In this document: one piece after another, positions 57,593 to 64,000 of the stretch | How the letters are laid out: every line of letters begins with the position of its first letter | Numbering within the stretch: position 1 is the first letter of the stretch | NCBI GenBank assembly: GCA_031551525.1 | Contig: JAVBNN010000009.1 | Span: forward strand, 67,835 to 131,834 | Direction: 5' to 3' | Length of the DNA: 64,000 bases | DNA from: Acidaminococcales bacterium | Lineage (GTDB): Bacteria > Bacillota > Negativicutes > Acidaminococcales > JAISLQ01 | Notes under the pieces: model-generated | Told to the model about the DNA's origin: nothing | Seen by the model: only the letters and a program-made list of their open reading frames with translations | Databases searched by the model: none | Translations under genes and position numbers: made by a program

Positions 57593-59407
57593 ATGCCGGA
57601 GATTACCGGAGATATAAAAGGATTAAAAAAAGCTACAACTGCAGAGCTCAAAGCGCTCTATGAATATAAGAACAGTGAAGGCTTGCTGCTTGGCATGGAA
57701 CTGGTAAACGCGCTGGCCGCACTAACAGAAAAATGCGGCCGTGAGATCGCGGTTTATCTGAACAGGCGGGGGCAGGTGGAAAATGTATCTATCGGCGATA
57801 GCAGTACTGTGGGACTACCGGAATTTTCGGGCAGAAAAGCCTTAAACCGTCTCAGCGGCATGACCTGTGTGCATACCCATCCAGGCGGTGACAGCGGTTT
57901 GAGTGGGGTGGATTTTGCCTCGCTGCAAAAAATGCGCTACGATATGATGATTGCGATTGGGGTAAAAAACGGCGAGGCCACTGAATTAAGTATAGGGATT
58001 ATTTCCGGTTTTGAATCTGGTGATGGCTACACAGTGGAACAACTAGGCCCTTATGATCCGGGTGAATTTTATAAATTAGACTGCCTGAAGATAATCTCCT
58101 ATATTGAGAACCTGCTCGCTGACAGCAAAGAAGCAAAATATCAGGGCAATAAAGAAGAAACAGCCTGTCTGGCCGGTATTGACTATGGAAATGAAAAACT
58201 TCCGGTAGAAGAATCTTTGTCAGAATTGGCCCAGCTTTTAGAGACTGCCGGCGCAGTACCTAAAGATGCCATGTATCAAAAGCGTAGCGCTCCTGACAGC
58301 AGTCTTTACTTAGGCCGCGGCAAAATAGCGGAACTGTCTTTGCTTTGCCAGCAATGCCATGCCAATATGGCTGTATTTGACGACGAACTGACTCCGGCGC
58401 AACAGCGCAACCTTGAGCGCGAACTCGGGATAAAAATAATAGACCGAACAGCACTTATTCTGGATATTTTTGCGCAAAGGGCAAGAACCCACGAAGGCAA
58501 ACTACAGGTAGAACTTGCGCAAATGCATTATAACCTACCGCGTCTTATGGGGCAGGGCATGGTTTTGTCACGGCTCGGCGGCGGTATAGGTACACGTGGC
58601 CCTGGTGAAACCAAATTGGAAACAGACCGGCGCCACATCAGAAACCGCATAGCGGAAATAAAACGTCAACTGGAAAAAGTTAAAAATATCAGGCAACTAC
58701 ATAGAGAAGGGCGTAACGCAAATAATACTCCCTCGGTTTCCCTCATAGGCTACACCAATGCGGGAAAGTCGACCTTGCTCAACGCGCTTACTAAAGCCGA
58801 TGTATATGTGGAAGATCAGGTATTTGCTACCCTTGATCCTACCACCAGAAAGCTTTCGCTACCATCAAGCAAAGAAGTGCTTATGACCGATACGGTAGGT
58901 TTTATCCGAAAACTGCCCCACCAACTCGTGGCTTCCTTCAGGGCAACCCTTGAGGAGGTTGTGCAGGCTGACCTTCTTATACATGTCATAGACGCCAGCC
59001 ACCCTTTTTATGAGCAGCAAAGTGACGCTGTATACAAAGTATTGCAAGAACTGGGTATACATGATAAAAAAATATTGACTGTATTCAACAAAATAGACAA
59101 AGTTTCAGATGAAAATTCGTCTGAACGCATGTTACGACTCGAGAACAGCGTGGCCATCTCGGCCAGAGAGTCCATCGGGCTGGATAAACTATTACTGCTT
59201 CTGGATGAAAATTTATCCAATTTTACTATTGAAGAAACATTCATGATCCCTTATGAACAAAGCGCCATAGTGGCAAAATTGCATGAAATAACCCATGTAA
59301 AAAGCATTGAATACCAGGAAACAGGTGTGCTCGTAGAGGTTTCCGGTGCGCCGGATCTGCTTGGCAAATTTGCCGGCTTTCGAAAGGACACTTCAAATGA
59401 GAATTGA
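57593..59407 (+). CDS. hflX: GTPase HflX with ~185-aa N-terminal JAB/MPN-like extension
   Basis: Canonical HflX from ~residue 190 ([53 protein letters not shown]). The N-terminal extension carries E51...H94-T-H96-x7-S104-x2-D107. GGGGGG RBS. Confidence 0.9.
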   Translation: MPEITGDIKGLKKATTAELKALYEYKNSEGLLLGMELVNALAALTEKCGREIAVYLNRRGQVENVSIGDSSTVGLPEFSGRKALNRLSGMTCVHTHPGGDSGLSGVDFASLQKMRYDMMIAIGVKNGEATELSIGIISGFESGDGYTVEQLGPYDPGEFYKLDCLKIISYIENLLADSKEAKYQGNKEETACLAGIDYGNEKLPVEESLSELAQLLETAGAVPKDAMYQKRSAPDSSLYLGRGKIAELSLLCQQCHANMAVFDDELTPAQQRNLERELGIKIIDRTALILDIFAQRARTHEGKLQVELAQMHYNLPRLMGQGMVLSRLGGGIGTRGPGETKLETDRRHIRNRIAEIKRQLEKVKNIRQLHREGRNANNTPSVSLIGYTNAGKSTLLNALTKADVYVEDQVFATLDPTTRKLSLPSSKEVLMTDTVGFIRKLPHQLVASFRATLEEVVQADLLIHVIDASHPFYEQQSDAVYKVLQELGIHDKKILTVFNKIDKVSDENSSERMLRLENSVAISARESIGLDKLLLLLDENLSNFTIEETFMIPYEQSAIVAKLHEITHVKSIEYQETGVLVEVSGAPDLLGKFAGFRKDTSNEN

Positions 59408-60623
59408 TAAACTAAGTAAAGAAATTTTGGAGAAAATTTCTGAAAAATTTGAATTGCATCAGGAAGTAAGTTTTTATAACACTAAAAAAGTAGTGGATGC
59501 TTTCCGCGCACACAGAGTCTCTGAATATTATTTTAGCGGTAGCAGCGGTTATGGTTATGCCGACCAAGGACGGGACAGCCTGGGAGATATATATGCCGAG
59601 ATTTTTGGCGTTGAAAAGGCTTTGGTCCGGTCACAGTTTGTTTCCGGAACACATGCGCTTTCCACTGCATTGTTTGGTGTTTTGCGCCCGGGTGATGAGC
59701 TTTTGGCTGTAACTGGCGCTCCTTACGATACCTTGCAGACCGTCATAGGGGCAACCAGAAAACAAGCCGGTTCGCTAACTGAGCACGGCATTCTATACAA
59801 GGAAGTGGCATTAAAGGATGGTGTACCTGACCTCGCGGCAATCAAACAGGCTATGAACAGCAAGACTAAAATAGTCCATATCCAACGTTCGCGCGGTTAT
59901 GCCGATCGAAAAACTCTTTCGGTCGAAGAAATAGGAGCTATTTGCGCAATAGTAAAAAGGTATAGAAAAAATTGTATATGTTTTGTGGATAATTGTTATG
60001 GTGAATTCACAGAGAAAACAGAACCCACGCAAGTGGGAGCTGATCTAATCGCGGGTTCCTTGATAAAGAACCCAGGTGGGGGACTGGCGCCCTCCGGTGC
60101 CTATATAGCCGGTCGTAGCGAGTTGGTAGATATGGCGGCACGGCATTTAACAGCTCCTGGGTTGGGCGATCAGATGGGGGCAACACTCGGAATAATACAC
60201 CGATTGATGTATCAGGGGCTTTTTCTGGCACCACACGTCACCTTGCAGGCGATAAAAAGCGCTATTTATGCCGCTGGTTTATTTGAAAAGTTAGGCTATA
60301 AGGTATCTCCTTGTGTAAATGATTTTCGCAGTGACATAATACAGTGTATCGCTCTTGATACACCTGAAACGCTACAGGCTTTTTGCCAGGCTATCCAAAG
60401 AAATTCTCCTGTAGATGGGCATGTTATGCCGATCCCCGGGCAAATGCCTGGCTACAATGATCCTGTCATTATGGCGGCTGGAACCTTTGTACAGGGTGCT
60501 TCAATCGAGTTGAGTGCAGATGGGCCAATGCGTGAACCATATAATGTATATCTGCAAGGCGGATTGACCTTTGAGCATAGTGTGCTGGCATTGTCGTCTG
60601 CTGCACGTGATATCATTGGTTAA
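59397..60623 (+). CDS. ynbB: YnbB-type PLP-dependent protein (aluminium-resistance / methionine gamma-lyase-like family)
   Basis: Conserved position directly after hflX, as in B. subtilis ynbA-ynbB. GYGY.D.GRD, SGTHA and IQRSRGY motifs. Start at the ATG overlapping the hflX stop. Confidence 0.8.
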   Translation: MRIDKLSKEILEKISEKFELHQEVSFYNTKKVVDAFRAHRVSEYYFSGSSGYGYADQGRDSLGDIYAEIFGVEKALVRSQFVSGTHALSTALFGVLRPGDELLAVTGAPYDTLQTVIGATRKQAGSLTEHGILYKEVALKDGVPDLAAIKQAMNSKTKIVHIQRSRGYADRKTLSVEEIGAICAIVKRYRKNCICFVDNCYGEFTEKTEPTQVGADLIAGSLIKNPGGGLAPSGAYIAGRSELVDMAARHLTAPGLGDQMGATLGIIHRLMYQGLFLAPHVTLQAIKSAIYAAGLFEKLGYKVSPCVNDFRSDIIQCIALDTPETLQAFCQAIQRNSPVDGHVMPIPGQMPGYNDPVIMAAGTFVQGASIELSADGPMREPYNVYLQGGLTFEHSVLALSSAARDIIG

Positions 60624-60709
60624 AATTAAAGGATATTGTAAATAAATGTAGAATAATTAAAATGTATTCCTATAAATAAAAACACTTCCCGTTCAGGCAG
60701 GAAAACAGC

Positions 60710-62644
60710 ATGCATATCGGAATTCCCATCACAGCAATAATGGCTGTAACTTTAATAATATACTGGTTTATCAAAAAAGTTGGCATTCATATTCGTTTTG
60801 CCATTTTGTTATTATGTGGTTTCAGCGGTCTCTTCTTAGGGTTATTTTTGCCTAAATTATTGGTTCCTCAATTAAGTTTTACTGGCACGATACTCTCTGT
60901 TTTGATATTAATGTTTCTCCTATCGTTAGCTTTAACGTGGTTTTTCGGCATAGAAAAAAATAACGATACAGAAAATGAGATTATATTTAGCGGCAAAATC
61001 CCCGCTTTCTTTGAAAACATACTTCATCAAGAAATATCCCCGCCTGCTCAAAAAGAAGAGTTGTCAGTCTTTATTCCTGAAGCCCTTGAAGGCGTCAACA
61101 CACTTTTATCTGCTAAAGTTGAAATTACTACCCCAAACATACCGCAAGAGATGACTTCAGAGCTTTCTTTCCACGAAAATACTGTTATGATAGCTGAATG
61201 TAATGAAGTAGTTTTACCGCAGGAAAATGTTAGTAATAATAATGACAAAATAGATGATGCCCCCGGATTTTCCAATGTGGAAAATTTGCTGGATAAAAGT
61301 TTGGTTGATAGTTTAGAAATTCATTATGAAAATAAAGCAGTAGCGAAAAAAGTTGAACTTATTATTGAAAAAGAAAGGCCTAAGGAAAAGCACTTTGCTA
61401 TACGTCCCTCGGTCTTTACTGATGATTTCTGTGAAGGGGAATGCCGATATCCGTTTGAAGATGTTATATTGGATATAAAAGCACAGGTACTGCCACTTAC
61501 TGTACCGTCCGAAGTAACTCATCCTACTGCCACCACAAATGATCAACCTTTAATCTTGGCGATGGAAGATATACAGCCGGCGGCGATTGCAGATAACACA
61601 CTACCTGGCGAAGAAACCGTTTACCAGAGGGTTTTAGAAAAAACACTTCTTGTAGATGCTAGTGATATAACGGATATTTACAGTGACATACCGGTAACAC
61701 AAATAGAAAGCACGCCAATGCATTCAGAAAACAGAGATGTTTTTGTGCATACTGAAAACATTTCACCCACTGACACTTCGGGTATTTTAGAGCGTATATC
61801 CGAAAGGGTCTCTCGTGCTATTAACTATTCAAATGCAACGTTACGCATGGAAAACAATTGTGATTACGTTGCCGATGCAACTCAAACACATGGTTGCAAA
61901 ACGGAAAACATTCTCACGGCTTCCCCAAACACCGACCTTTCCTGGACGGCAAATGAAGTTTATGCTGCCATGGCCGATATCGATTTTGTGCCAATAGTCA
62001 ATGATAAAATGGTTGGTGTTACCGGTGAAAATAGTGGTTTTTCTGTACCCGCCGAAAACTACTCTATTTATGATGTGGCGCTTTTATCTGCGGGGTTGCC
62101 GGAGTATGGAGTTATTACCAAAGAAACCCCTGCTAATGCATTTGAAAAATATGCGGAACAATATCAGTGTCTACAGGAAGATGACGATTCCAAGGGTGTT
62201 GTGATTGTACAGAATGATGTATTGGCACTTAAAGCACCGGCGGAAGAAGTACAGGTACCTAAATCCGATTCATTGGAGGACTTACTGGATTTTGCTTTTA
62301 TGCAGAAGGAAAAACAACATTATGACCAGGCTCTTTTTGCCTTTTCTATAGCGCGTGATCTTTATCCTGGCAACGACTTTGAATCTTTGTTATCAATTGA
62401 AATAGCCAATCTGTATAAACTAAAAGGGGAGTATGACCTGGCAATAAAATCACTGCAAGAGGGCATGGAAAAAGCTACTATGGATACAGTCAGACAGGAG
62501 TTTATTGCCAATATTGCCTATATGCGCATCATACATAATATTCTTGTGGGAAATCAGCTAACATTATTGCCATATGATGAAATACCTGCTAAAGTAAAGA
62601 AAGACATAGAATTGGAATTTGGCGAATGGAAAAAATTTGCCTGA
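60710..62644 (+). CDS. hypothetical membrane-anchored protein: ~3 N-terminal TM helices, long acidic low-complexity middle, C-terminal TPR-like repeats
   Basis: 644-aa uninterrupted ORF. The locus is visibly more AT-rich than its neighbours. No catalytic motif recognised. Weak RBS. Confidence 0.55.
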   Translation: MHIGIPITAIMAVTLIIYWFIKKVGIHIRFAILLLCGFSGLFLGLFLPKLLVPQLSFTGTILSVLILMFLLSLALTWFFGIEKNNDTENEIIFSGKIPAFFENILHQEISPPAQKEELSVFIPEALEGVNTLLSAKVEITTPNIPQEMTSELSFHENTVMIAECNEVVLPQENVSNNNDKIDDAPGFSNVENLLDKSLVDSLEIHYENKAVAKKVELIIEKERPKEKHFAIRPSVFTDDFCEGECRYPFEDVILDIKAQVLPLTVPSEVTHPTATTNDQPLILAMEDIQPAAIADNTLPGEETVYQRVLEKTLLVDASDITDIYSDIPVTQIESTPMHSENRDVFVHTENISPTDTSGILERISERVSRAINYSNATLRMENNCDYVADATQTHGCKTENILTASPNTDLSWTANEVYAAMADIDFVPIVNDKMVGVTGENSGFSVPAENYSIYDVALLSAGLPEYGVITKETPANAFEKYAEQYQCLQEDDDSKGVVIVQNDVLALKAPAEEVQVPKSDSLEDLLDFAFMQKEKQHYDQALFAFSIARDLYPGNDFESLLSIEIANLYKLKGEYDLAIKSLQEGMEKATMDTVRQEFIANIAYMRIIHNILVGNQLTLLPYDEIPAKVKKDIELEFGEWKKFA

Positions 62645-62706
62645 TATAATGCTTACTAATAATTTTATATAAATACCAAATTATTGATATTCGGGAGGAA
62701 TTTTCA

Positions 62707-63486
62707 ATGAAAAAGAGTACAGAGATAATCGGGTTACCCATAGTCAGCCTTATGGATGGCAATGAGATTGGTACAGTAAAGTCCATAGTATTTGATGCCG
62801 GCTCCGGTAAAATCGCAGCTATCGTGGTTGATGATGGCAAGTGTTACAAAGGTGTCAGCCTCATCTTTTTTGGCGACATTCTTGGTATTGGCGAATCCGC
62901 TTTGACTATTGAACAAAAAAGTTCTATCAAAACATTAAATCAGGCTCCTGAACTGGAAAGACTTTTGGAAGCAAATGTAAATATAATAGACACTAAGGTT
63001 CTGACCAAAAAAGGCCAAATTAAAGGTTCGGTCGTTGAAATCACTTTCGATCCAGAAAATGGTCAAATCATCGAATGCCTTGCCAAAACTGAAAACGGCA
63101 GTGATATAGTGATACCAGCTGACAAAGTATATACCTACGGCCCCAGTATCACTGTAATAGTAGAAGCCAATGAAACTGTAAATAAACCTGCCGTTCAGGC
63201 TGCAGCGCCAGTCGCGGCGGCTCCCATTGTCAAACAAGAAGCCGCTGCTGTTCAGGCTGTAGCGCCAGCGGCTGAAGTAAACGAAGATGCTGGTGAAGCC
63301 AATAATGCCATGCAAAAATTTGAAGAACGGCAAAAGAAGTTTTTGATTGGTAAAAAAGCCACCCGCAGGATCGTTACTGACAACGGTGTTGAAATTATCG
63401 ATCAGGGAGCCGAAGTGACTGAAGAAGTCATCCAGAAAGCAAAAATGGCCGGAAAATTTGTTGAACTCTCTATGAGTCTGCAATAA
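62707..63486 (+). CDS. PRC-barrel domain protein (two PRC-barrel repeats, Ala-rich linker, conserved C-terminal module)
   Basis: IIGLPIVSLMDGNEIGTVKSIVFDAGSGKIAAIVVDDG is a typical PRC-barrel start, and a second repeat lies around VLTKKGQIKGSVVEITFDPENGQI. GGGAGG RBS. Confidence 0.75.
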   Translation: MKKSTEIIGLPIVSLMDGNEIGTVKSIVFDAGSGKIAAIVVDDGKCYKGVSLIFFGDILGIGESALTIEQKSSIKTLNQAPELERLLEANVNIIDTKVLTKKGQIKGSVVEITFDPENGQIIECLAKTENGSDIVIPADKVYTYGPSITVIVEANETVNKPAVQAAAPVAAAPIVKQEAAAVQAVAPAAEVNEDAGEANNAMQKFEERQKKFLIGKKATRRIVTDNGVEIIDQGAEVTEEVIQKAKMAGKFVELSMSLQ

Positions 63487-63509
63487 AATCCTGTTTTCCG
63501 GCACGGGAT

Positions 63510-64000
63510 GTGTAAACTTTGTCTCTTTTTCAAAGAAAAATCAATTTTCGCTTTCTAACACTAATATTTGTGTCATTATTTGTGCTGACCACCGTAGGGG
63601 TTGTAGCCGCAAACAGCAGCTACCTCATCCAAGACTCTATATATGGCGGCGTCAGTGTTGGTGGCATGCCTCTTGAAGGTCGTACGCTCCCGGAAGCTGA
63701 AGCTATTATCGGCACACGGGTCAAAGAAATCCAGGATAACCCGATATTAACCATAAAGTTTAATGAACAATCCTGGCCAGTAATGTATCAGGACGTTGAT
63801 TGGAAGGTTGATATATCCGCCCTGGCCAAAAGCGCTTATAAAGTAGGGCGGGTAGGCAACATCATAGATCAGTTCAAAGAGCGTTTTTTCGTCTATAATA
63901 GCGGAAAAAACATTGAATTGTCCAGTACATACAATGATGAAAAATTAAAAAAAATCATTGCTGAAATCGCAGCTAAGCTATATTGTGTTCCGGAAAATGC
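63510..64000 (+). CDS. VanW/YoaR-like protein, 5' partial (runs off the window)
   Basis: Frame is open from GTG 63510 (or TTG 63519) to the window end. N-terminal TM helix, then IYGGVSVGGMPLEGRTLPEAEAII...W.V....DW.VD, which resembles the PG_binding_4 region of VanW-family proteins. Confidence 0.55.

Noticed and set aside
1-64000. A search by eye for tRNA/rRNA genes, CRISPR arrays, transposases, integrases, phage genes, toxin-antitoxin pairs or known defence-system hallmarks
   Set aside because: None found. Intergenic regions are short and are explained by promoters, riboswitches and terminators. The window is overwhelmingly conserved core-genome synteny.

Overview
This 64-kb window looks like a core chromosomal segment of a Bacillota (Firmicutes) genome. 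Gene order follows the Bacillus polC-to-hflX/ynbB backbone, and the cobamide genes hint at a Negativicutes/Sporomusa-like or clostridial lineage. Almost all genes are on the + strand. In order: an orphan TAXI-TRAP binding protein with a DUF1850 partner; a cobalamin riboswitch followed by a nine-gene late cobamide operon (cobU-cobQ-cbiB-cobT-cobS-cobT paralogue-pduX-cobD-cobC); a zinc-ribbon gene; a DUF2156/Eis-like GNAT pair; purL; an FAD oxidase; an NCS2 permease; ilvD (minus strand); glutamate decarboxylase with an AspT/YidE-family transporter; polC; rimP-nusA-ylxR-ylxQ-infB-rbfA-nrnA-truB-ribF; rpsO; pnp; an M16 peptidase; dut; a lysine riboswitch followed by dapB-asd-lysC-dapA; RNase J; ftsK; rodZ-like; ygiQ; rimO; cinA; a DEAD-box helicase; hflX; ynbB; an orphan membrane/acidic/TPR protein; a PRC-barrel protein; and a partial VanW-like gene. 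I found no tRNA, rRNA, CRISPR array, transposase or recognisable defence system. The two observations most worth a second look are a PolC replicase whose inserted proofreading exonuclease domain is cleanly absent, and an HflX GTPase with an N-terminal extension carrying a complete RadC-like JAB/MPN (JAMM) metalloprotease motif. Lesser points are a catalytic plus degenerate CobT pair (ArsAB-like), a Gad/AAE-transporter pairing, and a free-standing MprF-C-like/Eis-like GNAT pair. All family calls come from reading conserved motifs by eye; no searches were run.
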